The translations under genes and the position numbers were made by a program. From Microcoleus sp. (GTDB taxonomy: Bacteria; Cyanobacteriota; Cyanobacteriia; Cyanobacteriales; Microcoleaceae), in NCBI GenBank assembly GCA_042408215.1, contig JAYFMW010000003.1:384001-448000 (forward strand): DNA of 64,000 nt, written 5' to 3'. This document shows, piece after piece, positions 1-11,142 of this stretch (position 1 is the stretch's first letter; each line of letters starts with the position of its first letter). The notes under the pieces were generated by a model. The model saw only the letters and a list, made by a program, of their open reading frames with translations. It ran no database searches and was not told the DNA's origin.

Positions 1-40
1 TTTTGGATTGATTCCACGGATCAATCCGGGGGCTTGTACC
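1..40 (-). repeat. Dispersed hairpin repeat (GGTACAAGCCCCCGGATT..TCCGTGGAATCAATCC)
   Basis: Reverse complement nearly identical to the copies inside the 167-bp units at 25287-25620. Confidence 0.7.
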
Positions 41-146
41 ACCTTTGAAATTATTGGTCATCGGGAGCGAAAAATCCGAGTTCTCCCAAACGGTGATATT
101 CTGCGATCGAGAATCGTTTTGTAGTTACAGTAGTCATAATTAATCC

Positions 147-210
147 GTAGGGTGCGTCGCTGCGAGATCTTTAATATAACTTGCAGATTATAGATGGCGA
201 CGCACCCTAC
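147..210. repeat. GTAG-type REP-like palindrome
   Basis: GTAGGGTGCGTCGC...GCGACGCACCCTAC inverted repeat; related copies near 29531-29598 and 31886-31946. Confidence 0.7.
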
Positions 211-255
211 TTGCCATCAGATTAGATGTACCACATACACAGGTCATATACTGTA

Positions 256-804
256 TTAGGGTCGATCGCCCGACAGCACTTGAACAGCAGTCGCCGCAGG
301 TAATTTATCGTAAGAATTTGCGGTCAACCCGTTAACTTGGCGCATCAAAGTGCCCATTTCTAAAGCACTCATCGCATAATTCCAGCCCAAATTGCTCTTA
401 ATCCCTGCCCTTTCCAAAGCTTGCTGCATCGTGTCAGTCGTCACAACTCCAAAAATCACCGGCACCCCTGTTTGAAAAGCAGCCGCTGCAATTCCCTTAG
501 AAACTTCACCCGCTACAAAATCGAAATGAGGAGTTTGACCTCGAATCACCGCACCCAGACAAATCACTGCATCATAGCGGTGAGAAAGAGCAGCTTGACG
601 AGCAATCAAAGGAATCTCAAAACATCCCGGAACCCAATAAAAATCAACCTGACTACCATGAGGATCAATATCAACCCCGTGGCGTTTCAAACAATCTTGA
701 CATCCCTCCAAAAGTTTGTTGACCACCATGTCGTTAAAACGACCGATGACAATCGCAAACCGCAAAGATTCTGTCTGAGTAAAAGTTCCCTCGAAAACTG
801 CCAT
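256..804 (-). CDS. ribH: 6,7-dimethyl-8-ribityllumazine synthase
   Basis: Motifs [51 protein letters not shown]. Confidence 0.97.
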   Translation of the reverse strand: MAVFEGTFTQTESLRFAIVIGRFNDMVVNKLLEGCQDCLKRHGVDIDPHGSQVDFYWVPGCFEIPLIARQAALSHRYDAVICLGAVIRGQTPHFDFVAGEVSKGIAAAAFQTGVPVIFGVVTTDTMQQALERAGIKSNLGWNYAMSALEMGTLMRQVNGLTANSYDKLPAATAVQVLSGDRP

Positions 805-1199
805 AATGTTCTACTTTAGATTTTTAGATTTTAGACTGACGGATCGACTTCTTCCTTCTTTCTTCTTTCTTTTTCCTTCTTCCTTCTTCCTGAAGCGGCG
901 GTTGGTGCCCTTCGACTACGCTCAGGAACCGCGGAGCGTCGCACGCTCGCGTAGTCGAACCATTCCTGCCCTTCGACTACGCTCAGGAACCGCGTAGTCG
1001 AAGGCTCTTCTTCCTTCATCCTTCTTCCTGACTTCGGATCTATGAGTTGTGAGCTTTGAATTTTGGCAATGAATTTATCTCTTGAAAAAATGACTTCAAT
1101 TAATAATTCACTCGCCACTTAAGACTACTAATTATAGCATAAATTTTAGTCAAAATTCAAAACTCACAACTATTTTGGATGTTTTAGTGCTAGGGTAAT

Positions 1200-1391
1200 T
1201 TAAACTACCAAAAAGTTTAAAACAGCCACGGCAATAACTAGCAGAAACCAGAGACCAGAACCTGCGAAAATCAGTGTTTTAGACTGATTCCAGTTTTGGG
1301 GAGAAGCATAAGCAACTGGAACGCCGACCACCATAACAAAGGACAGCAGTACCAGACCCAGTAAAACCACTTGAAACAGAATTGATAACAT
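1200..1391 (-). CDS. psbZ: Photosystem II protein PsbZ
   Basis: 63 aa, two TM helices, [14 protein letters not shown] motif; upstream of ribH as in other cyanobacteria. Confidence 0.95.
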   Translation of the reverse strand: MLSILFQVVLLGLVLLSFVMVVGVPVAYASPQNWNQSKTLIFAGSGLWFLLVIAVAVLNFLVV

Positions 1392-1486
1392 CTTTTCTCC
1401 TTTCGATATAACCGTGCGATAAAATTCGACTTGCCCGTGCAAATTCTCAATTGCGCGAACAGATGTCAGCGACACTTGAGATTTGT

Positions 1487-1705
1487 GTGACGTACTCCCA
1501 ACAGCAACCGCAAGCAGTATGCAGTGGGCTTCTTAAGAGTCCTGTTAAGGATATCAAAAGCTTCCTTCGAGGTACTACAAGTTATTTCCCTCTACAGCGT
1601 TTTATAGTGAGGAACACGTCCAGCCCCACTTGTTGAATACAAATCGCGCGTCTTTCATCCCAGACCAAATCAAAGATTATGGTCTGGGGATTCCCGTCTG
1701 CTTAG
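1487..1705 (-). mobile_element. Non-autonomous IS200/IS605-type mini-element (ends plus probable omega-RNA, no ORF)
   Basis: Minus-strand left end GGGAATCCCC..hairpin..GGGATGAAAG and right end GAAGCCC..GGGAGTACGTCAC mirror the ends of the tnpB element at 45703-47100. Confidence 0.6.
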
Positions 1706-1858
1706 CTAAATTTTACCATTGTTGGCCGCTGTGGCTGAAACTCGGATCAATACTAGACCAAGCTTGGGTTAAAGTGTGATTAGCTCGCCCGCTGTCAGTA
1801 GGCGAGAAATTGTACCTATCTCGGTGAGAGATGCGGGCTCTTTGGATATATATCGGCT

Positions 1859-4843
1859 ATGGATTTAGTTTTGTGTCACACAACAGCAGATTTTGACGCC
1901 TTGGGAGCGGCGGTGGGGCTTTGCGTGCTGCGCCCCGGTAGCAGGATCGTGCTGACTGGCGGATGTCACCCGACGGTGCGGGATTTTCTGGCGCTACATC
2001 GGGATGAGTATCCGCTAATTGAACGTCGATCGATCGATCCGCAACAAATTCGATCGCTCTGTATAGTTGATGCTGCTAGTCGCGATCGTTTGGGAAAAGT
2101 CGCCGCATGGCTAGACTTACCGCACCTGAAGGAAATTACTGTTTTCGATCACCACCTACAGGTGGTTTCAGATATCCGGGCGACTGTCACTCAAATCGAA
2201 GCTGTCGGAGCCACCACTACTTTAATCGTCGAAAAGCTCAGGGAAAAGATCGAAAATCAAGCCCCTCATAGCTCCCAAGAATTTCGCCTTCAGCCCTCAG
2301 AAGCAACAGTCATGGCTCTTGGTATCCACGTCGATACAGGTTCCCTTACCTTTGAGGGTTCAACCTCGCGAGATGCGATCGCATTGGCGTGGTTGATGGA
2401 ACAAGGAGCCAGTTTGCGTGTCATCGCTGAATATGTAGAACCCGGTTTGTCTGCTCAATTGCAGGATTTGCTCAAAGATGCTCTCCATAATTTGCGATCG
2501 TCCACTTTACACGGCTACACCATAGCCTCGGTGCTACTCACAACAGACTCCTACGTTCCAGGTTTATCTAGCCTCGCTGCTCGCTTAGTCGATTTCACAG
2601 AATCCGATGCTCTGCTATTAGGTAATGTTTATAAATTTAGCGACAAGGAAAACAGCCACAACATCGCTCCCGACTCCTCGCCATCCACATTTTCCAACCG
2701 CTTAACTATTATCGGTCGATCGCGCATTGAAGGAACCAACCTCAACGAACTGTTCAAACCCCTCGGCGGAGGAGGGCACAACCGCGCCGCCTCCCTCGCT
2801 GTGCGAGATGTTGACCCCCTGTTGACGTTAAATCAGTTAACTGAGGAGCTGACAGCTCAAATTCCCCATCCACCCACAGCCCGCGAGTTAATGTCATCCC
2901 CAGTGCGGAGTATTCGCCCGGAAACCTCCGTGGGAGAGGCTCACCGTATACTCCTACGTTATGGGCATTCGGGGCTGTCTGTGGTGGATGTGGGCGATCG
3001 GCTGGCAGGCATTATCTCGCGCCGCGACATAGACATTGCTCTGCACCACGGTTTCAGTCACGCCCCCGTCAAGGGTTACATGACTTGGCAACTTAAAACC
3101 ATTAGCCCGGATACTTTGCTGCCAGAAATTGAATCTTTAATGGTGACATACGATATCGGGCGCTTGCCGGTTTTGGAAAATGGGCAACTGGTGGGAATTG
3201 TGACTCGCACCGACGTATTACGGGAATTGCACCAGCAAAAAGCTAGGGAGAAAAATTCTGATAGGGACAGGCAAAATCAAGGAGAATTATCCTATTGTCA
3301 TCAGCCTGAATCGGTTGAGCAGTTGTTGCGATCGCGCATTAGCCCGGAAATTTGGCAGTTATTGTCTCAAGCAGCCAATATTGCACAGCAGCACGGCTGG
3401 CAATTATATATTGTCGGTGGAGCAGTGCGCGATTTATTGTTAACTCCCAATGATCCGCTGGAGCTAATGGATATCGATCTGGTAGTGGATGGCGATGGTC
3501 GATCGTCCGATCGGGGCGCAGGCGTCAACTTAGCCTCCGAGCTACAAAAACTATACCCCACATCGCGTTTAGACATTCACGGCCAATTCCAAACAGCCGC
3601 CCTTTTGTGGCACAAAGACTCCGTTTTCGGCTCCCTCTGGGTGGATATTGCGACGGCTCGCACCGAATTTTACCCCTATCCGGCCGCCAACCCCGAAGTT
3701 GAAGCCAGTTCGATTCGTCAAGATTTGTACCGCAGAGATTTTACAATTAATGCCCTCGCTGTGCGTTTAAGTGTGCCACGCAGTGGCGAATTATTAGATT
3801 TTTTTGGTGGTTTGGTGGATTTGGAAGCTCGGCAAATTCGAGTTTTGCACCCCAATAGTTTTATCGAAGATCCGACGCGAATTTATCGAGCTGTGCGGTT
3901 TGCTGTGCGGCTAGGATTTGCAATTGAGCCGCAGACGGAAGGATATATTCGCCACGCTTTATCCAGCGGGATTTATTACCGAATTCAGGGAGAAAACGGC
4001 CGCGCTCCCGCTTTGGAAACGCGCCTCAAAAGCGAATTGAAACACATTCTGCAAGCTCCTTACTGGAAAGTTGCTTTGCAAATGTTAGGAGATTTGCAGG
4101 CGTTGCGCTGCATTCATCCTAATTTGGATTTAAATCGAGAATTGTGGCTGCAACTGCGCTTGCTAGAGCATTTTTTGCAAGTCAGGAAGAAGCAGTCAGA
4201 AGTCAGAGGGAAGCAGTCAGAAGTCAGAGGGAAGAAGTCAGAGGAAAGAAGTCGGAGGGAAGCAGTCAAAGGGAAGCAGTCAGAAAAAGAAACTATGCCC
4301 AATGCCCCATGCCCCATTCCCAATTCCCAATTCCCAATTCCCAATTCCCAATTCCCAATTCCCCATGCCCAATTCCCCATGATTAATATTCCTGATTGGC
4401 AAATGCGAGTGGAAGTTCTAATCGCTTATTTAGCACCGGAATATCGGGGGAAAGTGGCTGCAAATCTGCAATTGCCGGCTGACAGCATTAAGCGGCTGCA
4501 AGAGTTGTCAGCCAGAAATAACGAGCTGTTAGAGCGTTTGCCCAAGTGCGAGTTACCGAGTCAATTGGTGCTATTGTTGAGGAATTACGAGTTGCCGATG
4601 TTAATTGCGATCGCCCTACAAAGTCCCCGAAGCGCCCGCCGGCAAATTTGGGAATTTTTCACCAAGTGGGTGAATGTTGAGCCGCCTTTAAATGGCAATG
4701 ATTTGAAGGCATTGGGCTACAAACCGGGGCCTGGGTTTAAACTCATGCTCGACGATTTGTTGGCGGCGACCTTGGATGGGCATTTGGGCGATCGTACTGA
4801 TGCCATCTCTTTCTTAGCAAAACATTATCCTCAAGGAAAATAG
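1859..4843 (+). CDS. DHH/CBS-domain tRNA nucleotidyltransferase (A-adding type) with in-frame repeat insertion
   Basis: N-terminal DHH (ADFDALG, FDHH, GGGGH), CBS pair, PolA/CCA motifs [36 protein letters not shown]. Confidence 0.92.
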   Translation: MDLVLCHTTADFDALGAAVGLCVLRPGSRIVLTGGCHPTVRDFLALHRDEYPLIERRSIDPQQIRSLCIVDAASRDRLGKVAAWLDLPHLKEITVFDHHLQVVSDIRATVTQIEAVGATTTLIVEKLREKIENQAPHSSQEFRLQPSEATVMALGIHVDTGSLTFEGSTSRDAIALAWLMEQGASLRVIAEYVEPGLSAQLQDLLKDALHNLRSSTLHGYTIASVLLTTDSYVPGLSSLAARLVDFTESDALLLGNVYKFSDKENSHNIAPDSSPSTFSNRLTIIGRSRIEGTNLNELFKPLGGGGHNRAASLAVRDVDPLLTLNQLTEELTAQIPHPPTARELMSSPVRSIRPETSVGEAHRILLRYGHSGLSVVDVGDRLAGIISRRDIDIALHHGFSHAPVKGYMTWQLKTISPDTLLPEIESLMVTYDIGRLPVLENGQLVGIVTRTDVLRELHQQKAREKNSDRDRQNQGELSYCHQPESVEQLLRSRISPEIWQLLSQAANIAQQHGWQLYIVGGAVRDLLLTPNDPLELMDIDLVVDGDGRSSDRGAGVNLASELQKLYPTSRLDIHGQFQTAALLWHKDSVFGSLWVDIATARTEFYPYPAANPEVEASSIRQDLYRRDFTINALAVRLSVPRSGELLDFFGGLVDLEARQIRVLHPNSFIEDPTRIYRAVRFAVRLGFAIEPQTEGYIRHALSSGIYYRIQGENGRAPALETRLKSELKHILQAPYWKVALQMLGDLQALRCIHPNLDLNRELWLQLRLLEHFLQVRKKQSEVRGKQSEVRGKKSEERSRREAVKGKQSEKETMPNAPCPIPNSQFPIPNSQFPIPHAQFPMINIPDWQMRVEVLIAYLAPEYRGKVAANLQLPADSIKRLQELSARNNELLERLPKCELPSQLVLLLRNYELPMLIAIALQSPRSARRQIWEFFTKWVNVEPPLNGNDLKALGYKPGPGFKLMLDDLLAATLDGHLGDRTDAISFLAKHYPQGK
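4180..4382 (+). repeat. Heptamer STRR block translated inside the nucleotidyltransferase
   Basis: Purine-rich heptamers followed by (CCCAATT)n; encodes KQSEVRG.. and SQFPIPN repeats. Confidence 0.9.
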
Positions 4844-4936
4844 CTGTAAATCTTGCTGAATTCTTGCTCTTGTGAAATGTCGGTGATTCAAAGCCCGCAA
4901 AGCCGATCGCCAGTTATATATATTCCGAGAATTAAG

Positions 4937-5392
4937 GTGAAGAAAAAGCGCGCCCCTGGTTTAATCGCAATTGTCCTTTACAAAAGTTTTGTGGCTGCTC
5001 TTTTGGCTGTTACTTCCCTCGCTTTGCTGTTAGCCATGAAAAATCATCAATTGTTGGCAGATTTTTCTGAGTCTTATTTCTTAGAAACTAAACTCAAATT
5101 GATTTAAATTATCTTGGATAAAGTTCTCAAACTCAATCCAAAAACATTGATATTTAGCGGATTAGCTGCTGGACTTTATGGACTTTTAAATGCCATTGAA
5201 GCTGTTGGTTTGTGGTATGAAAAAGCCTCGGCAACCATCTTAGTTTTATGGCTGGTTGGCATCAGTATCCCGCCGGAAATCTTTGAATTAGTTGAGGGTG
5301 TAACTGTACTTAAGTTAGTGGTATTTATCGCCAATATAGCTGTATTCTGGTACTTGCTGCACCATTTGCCGAAGCACGGTAAGGGAGATTAA
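4937..5392 (+). pseudogene. DUF2127-like membrane protein with internal stop
   Basis: ORFs 4853-5107 and 5114-5392 are in the same frame, separated by TAA at 5105-5107; IEAVGLWY and PPEIFEL motifs. Confidence 0.65.
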
Positions 5393-5431
5393 AGTTCAGT
5401 ATTATTTTAGTTGACTTTTTGTGTGTACGAT

Positions 5432-6815
5432 CCGCTCTGAAAAACTTACCCAAAACCAGACAAACCCCGACAAACCGGAGATTAAATAGTTTTAGTGTTT
5501 TCTTCCTGCTTCTCACGGTCAGTAATCCGATCCCATCCACAGGCCGATCGCCCGTAAGCTACGGGCTGTACAAGGAAAGTTTTAAAACTCTTAAACCTTC
5601 GTGTTTTAAATTAACGGCGGCATTTTCATCTCTATCTTGGACATGACCACAGTTTTCACACTTATATACTCTATCAGCAAGAGTCAAATCTTGTTTATGT
5701 CCACAATTAGAACATGATTTAGAAGACGGATACCAGCGGTCAACTATTACTAAATGTGAACCATACAACTGGCATTTATATTCCAACTGTCTTCGGAATT
5801 CAAACAAACCTAAATCGGCTATAGCGCGAAGCTCATTTAGGGTTTTTCAGCATCCCTTTGACGTTTAAATCTTCAATACAGATCGCATCAAAAGTTTTGG
5901 CCAGCCATGTAGTCAATTTGTGCAAATAGTCTTTTCTGATATTCGCAACGTGCGAATGAAACCGTCCTAATTTAATCTTTGCTTCCTGATAAGATGCGGT
6001 TCCTTTTTGCTGGCGACTAAGTGACCGAGATAATTGTCTAAGTCTTCCTAGAGCCGCTTTCAGAGGTTTTATATTGGGGATAACTTGACCATTGCTCAAC
6101 GTAGCCAGTGATTTAATTCCCAGATCAACACCTACAACTTCGATTGGTTCTCTCATTGGCTGTGACGGTGTTTCTCTCTTGAAACTTACAAACCACTTAT
6201 CTGCTTTTTTACTAATGGTGAAACTTTTAACTTTTCCCAAAGCTGGTAATTTCTCAAAAGTTCTGACCTTACCAATATTAGGAATCTGTACCCAAGTAGA
6301 ACCCACAATTGTGGAACCATCACAAGTAAAAATATCGTGAAATCCTTTCTTTTTGAAGTTGGGAAATCCCTTTTCTGGTTGTTTAAAGAAATTGTTCAAA
6401 GCATCTCTAACATGGCGGGTCGCATAATTATGACATCCTTTCGACACTTCATAAGTCCAAGGTTTTTCTGATTTTACCTCAGCCGTAAATCGCTTATTCA
6501 GATCTATGGCCGTTGGTAATTTAATTTTGTTTTCTGGTTGAGTTTTATGATGTTCTAAGCTGGTAATTAAAATTTGAAGACCCCAATTGTAAGCATATCT
6601 AGCTACCCCTGCTGATTTAGCCAGCAAAGTACGTTGTTTATTGTTGGGGTTAAGTTCGGTTTTAAAACCTAGCAGCATTTTACGAACTGTCAAAGCGAAT
6701 GCTAATTTCAGTTTAATGATTATATCATGCTTTGTCAATCAACTATAAATGTGTTCTCGTAGCTGGGTCGGAAAAAGTCCAGAATGTCTGGGTAATTTAC
6801 GTCCTGGACAATACC
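5432..6815 (-). mobile_element. IS607-type element lacking tnpA, with frameshifted tnpB
   Basis: Right end ends GAGCGG like the IS607 at 60936; tnpB similar to 61082-62209; left boundary approximate. Confidence 0.7.
5559..6678 (-). pseudogene. tnpB: TnpB RNA-guided endonuclease, frameshift near 5830
   Basis: MLLGFKTELNPN, GVDLG, IEDLNVKGM, then CSNCG/CENCG and DRDENAA in another frame. Confidence 0.9.
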
Positions 6816-7254
6816 CTCTCGATCGACTCCAAGCTCAAGCTCGCCCTTCGGTCATCTCTATTACCACAACATACTCCACAAGTCAAGCTAAAACCTAAAT
6901 ATTTACAAAAACACTAGGCAATTGTAAAGATTTGCAAAATAAAAGAGGGGTGACACCCCCCATGCCCTATAGTGGTACACATAGATGCACCCTGATGACT
7001 TTCCCGCTCCACAAAAGCGGGATTTTTGTTGGAAAGCCACGGCGTTAAGTTCTCAAACACCCGCTACAGACAAAATTTCGTGTAACAGCTAAATAAACAT
7101 CACGAGAGATGCAAAGATATAGCAGAGCAAAAGCCAAAAGTAGGGCAAGGGAGCGATTCCCTTCGGGATAGCTTCGCAGATCGGGTACTTAGCCCTAACT
7201 CTGGGAAATAGCCCAAAGGCGGTAGCATAGTTTGGGATACGGCATCAAGAAAAG

Positions 7255-8826
7255 ATGAACTTAGCGCCAGCAACAGTCCTGCAACAGGGCAAATACACAA
7301 TTAACGGGACTTTAGGCATAGGAGGGTTCGGTATCACTTACCGAGCTATCCACACCCATTTAAACCAAACCGTCGTACTCAAAACCCTTAACGAAAGTCT
7401 GCGCCAACACCCAGAATCTGCGGAATTTCAGCGGCAATTTATAGCCGAAGCCCAACGCCTGTCTCGCTGTCAGCATTCCAACATCGTCAGAGCGATCGAC
7501 TTTTTTGCAGAAGCTGGACAGTCTTTTATCGCGATGGACTATATTCCCGGCCAAACTCTGGCGAGCATAGTCGAAGCTAGCGGGCCACTACCAGAAGCCC
7601 AAGCCCTACACTACATTCGGCAAATAGCCTCAGCGGTAAGTACAGTTCACCAGAGCGGGTTGCTGCACCGAGACATCCAGCCAGAAAATATGATCCGGCG
7701 AGCCGACACTCATATAGTAATGCTGATAGATTTTGGCATTGCTCGCGACTTTACGGCCCGCACGCAACAAACCCACAGGAACTTGCTTTCCCCGGGCTAC
7801 GCGCCGCTCGAACAATACCTCTCGGAGGCAAAATGTACTCCGGCGACAGATGTCTACGCGATCGCCGCAGTGCTGTACTACTTACTCTCTGGCGACCCAC
7901 CAATCGCAGCACCCCTGCGCGATCGCATTCCTCTGGTAAACTTGCGAAAATTTCAACCCAACCTCAGCCCCTCTGTTGAACGAGCAATTCTGTGGGGACT
8001 CGAAATCGACCCCAACAAACGGCCCCAGACCATCGAAAATTGGCTTACCATGCTGCAAGAAACAGAGCGAGTATCAGCAGATCGAAAAAGCAAGCAAAAT
8101 ATGCGATTACCCGCACCTCCGCCGCCAAAGTTGACTCTGCTGGCTTTTCTGGTAACGGCTGCAATTGCAGGCTGGATGGGTTTTGATTTGGCATGGCACT
8201 ACAACAGTACCAGCGCCAAGAGCGGCTCGCCAGAGACTGAATCCTTCCCATCTCTGGAAGATTTGCTCAAATCTCGCGAGTCGGGGCCGATGTTTGGGCA
8301 GCCCTCAGTCGAGAGCAGCCCTCTGGTGCCGATCGAACTTAACAAGCGCCCTAAACCCCAATTCGATAGCAGCAATACTCTACCGCCGATCGCACCCGCA
8401 GCAGCTAGCTCCGAACCTGAGCCATCCCCAAGCCCGGAAACTCCCACCCCAGAACCAGAACCCCAGCCTTCCTCATCCCCTACTTCAGAGCCTGAACCGC
8501 AGTCTTCGGCCTCTGACAACCCAGAGCCTCAAGCCGAAATCACGATCGCACCGGAAACAGCGCCGACATCAGTACCAGAAGTTGCACCACTGCCGGCAGA
8601 ACCGCCCCGCACCTCGCCCCCCGCACCCGCCCCACCTCTGGCAGAAGCGGCCCAAACCTCGTCGCCCCCTGAGCCCGAAGCCCAGACACCAGCTCTACCA
8701 GCCGAGGGATCGACTCAACCCCCGTTCCCGAGTCAGGGCGACAGCAATTCAGATAGTTCGATCGCCCCAGGGCCGTCGGCTGTTGCAGAACCAACAGTAC
8801 CTTTCCCAGAACCTGCTACCAATTAG
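7255..8826 (+). CDS. Ser/Thr protein kinase with TM segment and Pro-rich C-terminus
   Basis: GIGGFGITY, VVLK, LHRDIQPEN, IDFG, YAPLE, DVYA motifs. Confidence 0.93.
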   Translation: MNLAPATVLQQGKYTINGTLGIGGFGITYRAIHTHLNQTVVLKTLNESLRQHPESAEFQRQFIAEAQRLSRCQHSNIVRAIDFFAEAGQSFIAMDYIPGQTLASIVEASGPLPEAQALHYIRQIASAVSTVHQSGLLHRDIQPENMIRRADTHIVMLIDFGIARDFTARTQQTHRNLLSPGYAPLEQYLSEAKCTPATDVYAIAAVLYYLLSGDPPIAAPLRDRIPLVNLRKFQPNLSPSVERAILWGLEIDPNKRPQTIENWLTMLQETERVSADRKSKQNMRLPAPPPPKLTLLAFLVTAAIAGWMGFDLAWHYNSTSAKSGSPETESFPSLEDLLKSRESGPMFGQPSVESSPLVPIELNKRPKPQFDSSNTLPPIAPAAASSEPEPSPSPETPTPEPEPQPSSSPTSEPEPQSSASDNPEPQAEITIAPETAPTSVPEVAPLPAEPPRTSPPAPAPPLAEAAQTSSPPEPEAQTPALPAEGSTQPPFPSQGDSNSDSSIAPGPSAVAEPTVPFPEPATN

Positions 8827-8853
8827 ACAAACAGACCTTCTACCGGAACGTCT

Positions 8854-9534
8854 CTACTCAGTCGCCGCCAGCAAATCCGGCCGGCGCGATCGAGTCCTTT
8901 CAATTTGCTGTGCTCTGCGCCAGCGAGCAATTTCCGCGTGATTACCAGACAACAACACATCAGGCACCTTCAAGCCCCGAAAATCCGCCGGTCGAGTATA
9001 CTGCGGATAATCCAGAAGTCCGTCCTCAAAACTTTCAAACTTCAGCGAATCTTCCTTCCCCACAGTTCCCCGCAGCAGCCGCAAAACCCCATTAATCAAA
9101 GCCAAAGCCGGAATTTCGCCCCCCGTGAGCACAAAATCGCCCAAAGACACCTCACGAGTCACTAAATGCAAGACTCGATCGTCCACACCCTCATAATGAC
9201 CGCAAATCAAAACCAACTGGTCGCACTCAGCAGCAAACCCCCGAAACATCGCCTGCTGCATCGGTTCTCCCTGGGGAGTCAGCAAAATCACCTCCCGGCG
9301 GGGCAGAACCGGTAGCGACTCCACCGCCGCAAAAATCGGTTCCGGTTTCATCAGCATCCCCACCCCGCCTCCATAGGGCTCGTCATCAACTCGGTGGTGC
9401 TTGTCTGTGGTAAAATCACGAGGATTGACAAAATTCACCTCAGCAATATTTTTAGCTAAGGCTTTGCCCATCAGTCCCGACCCCAGGGGAGCCAAGAAAA
9501 AGTCTGGAAATAGAGTAACAACGTCAAATCGCAC
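8854..9534 (-). CDS. trmD: tRNA (guanine37-N1)-methyltransferase
   Basis: VDDEPYGGGVGM, ICGHYEGVD, SLGDFVLTGGE, LLDYPQYTRP. Confidence 0.98.
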   Translation of the reverse strand: MRFDVVTLFPDFFLAPLGSGLMGKALAKNIAEVNFVNPRDFTTDKHHRVDDEPYGGGVGMLMKPEPIFAAVESLPVLPRREVILLTPQGEPMQQAMFRGFAAECDQLVLICGHYEGVDDRVLHLVTREVSLGDFVLTGGEIPALALINGVLRLLRGTVGKEDSLKFESFEDGLLDYPQYTRPADFRGLKVPDVLLSGNHAEIARWRRAQQIERTRSRRPDLLAATE

Positions 9535-9851
9535 AATACTTTGAATTTATTGATACATTGCCTCTAGTTTGACCTTGAGAGGGCGATCGGTTTTCGGTAA
9601 TTGCATTATTCTTGATTATTTCTTAAAATCTTTGCAACTCAAGTTTTCTTCCTTAGTCTGCGGGTCGGTTTTGTACAAAAATTATCTGTTGTCAGGAGAG
9701 TGGCTCTACTAAACTCGCCCCCAAATGACTGGGGCGATCGCGATCGTCACTCAAACCTCACTCGCACCAAAAAATATTCACCGGGAAAATCCCGATTGTA
9801 TCCACAGCCACGGCAAAATTGAATTTCACATCCAACAGAGGAAGACACACC

Positions 9852-10745
9852 ATGCAGCAGTTGACATCTCAAGCCCTTGAACAGAATATCCCCCAGCGTA
9901 CACAAACCTCGATTATGGTCATCGGGGGAGCCGAAGACAAAGTTCATGGACGGGAGATTCTGAACACCTTTTTTTGCCGTGCTGGGGGTACAGAATCTCG
10001 GCTGGCGATTATTCCCTGCGCTTCGCGAGATCCAGAAGGGATCAGCAGCCGCTACCGCACCATCTTTGAGGAAATGGGCGTCAGCGTTGTCAAAGTAGTT
10101 GACATCCGCGAACGCGAACAGGGCGAAAACCCCGTGTGGAAAGATTATTTAGAAGACTGTACAGGCGTATTCATCACAGGCGGCGACCAACTGCGGCTCT
10201 GCGGGTTGCTGGCGGATACCCCGCTGATGGAGAAAATTCGCAAATCAGCCCTCGAAGGCAAAATTACCCTCGCAGGCACCAGCGCCGGCGCTGCGGTGAT
10301 GGGATATCACATGATTGCAGGCGGCGGCAGTGGCGCGTCCCCGAACCGCTCTTTAGTAGATTTGGCAGACGGACTTAACATTATCCCTGAGATTATCGTA
10401 GACCAGCATTTTCACAACCGCAATCGCATGGCTCGCTTGCTCTCGGCTGTTGCATCACACCCGGATCTTCTGGCTCTTGGTATTGACGAAGACACCTGCG
10501 CCCTATTTGAAGGAGACGACACGATTAAAGTCCTCGGTAAAGGCTCAGTGACTATTGTCGATTCTAGGGAAATGCTTTATACCAACGAGCCTAGTGTAGG
10601 AGCGACAGAACCCTTGAGTCTGTTCAATCTGCGCCTGCACGTCCTGTGTCACGGAGATTGCTACAATATGCCCCTAGGTAAAGCCATGCCGTCTGCTGCC
10701 TGTTCCGAGTCTGGGTGGCCTCCTGAATGCCGCACGTCTAACTAA
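9852..10745 (+). CDS. cphB: Cyanophycinase
   Basis: IGGAEDK, GGDQLRL, GTSAGA, DQHFHNRNRMARL, GIDEDT; upstream of cphA. Confidence 0.96.
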   Translation: MQQLTSQALEQNIPQRTQTSIMVIGGAEDKVHGREILNTFFCRAGGTESRLAIIPCASRDPEGISSRYRTIFEEMGVSVVKVVDIREREQGENPVWKDYLEDCTGVFITGGDQLRLCGLLADTPLMEKIRKSALEGKITLAGTSAGAAVMGYHMIAGGGSGASPNRSLVDLADGLNIIPEIIVDQHFHNRNRMARLLSAVASHPDLLALGIDEDTCALFEGDDTIKVLGKGSVTIVDSREMLYTNEPSVGATEPLSLFNLRLHVLCHGDCYNMPLGKAMPSAACSESGWPPECRTSN

Positions 10746-11142
10746 CACAGAACATCATCGTCATTAATCACCAGCCATCAGTCATTAGTTGCTAGCAAAC
10801 GATTGACAGCCAAGCTATTTGAGCAGCCCGAGGAGAGATTTTTAGTTGTGGCGATCGAAATTTTAGATCGTAGAAAAGCCGATATGAGATCTTGAGGTAC
10901 AAGCTGCCTGGTCGATCGCCGAATTAATCTAAAATCTAACATCTAAAATTGATTGACCCGCAGTTGCTCCTAGTTTATAACTGTGGCATCGACCCTAAAA
11001 TCTCAAATTGGGTGGCCCATAACTGGAAATTCAGGACAAAAATGTTCTCAGCGAACAGTTTGTTGGGTACTCAGGCTTGAAATTGAATGAATGCTCCAAT
11101 TACCAATAAGATTTCCGCGACCCATACCCATCTGTGAGTGCC

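Noticed and set aside
806..1118. ORFs between ribH and psbZ
   Set aside because: Composed of heptamer repeats and small dispersed repeat copies
6940..7030. tRNA
   Set aside because: No cloverleaf or T-loop consensus; no tRNA or rRNA recognised anywhere in the window
8165..8941. 258-aa alternative-frame ORF in the kinase
   Set aside because: Overlaps a GC-rich Pro-rich coding region; no recognisable motifs
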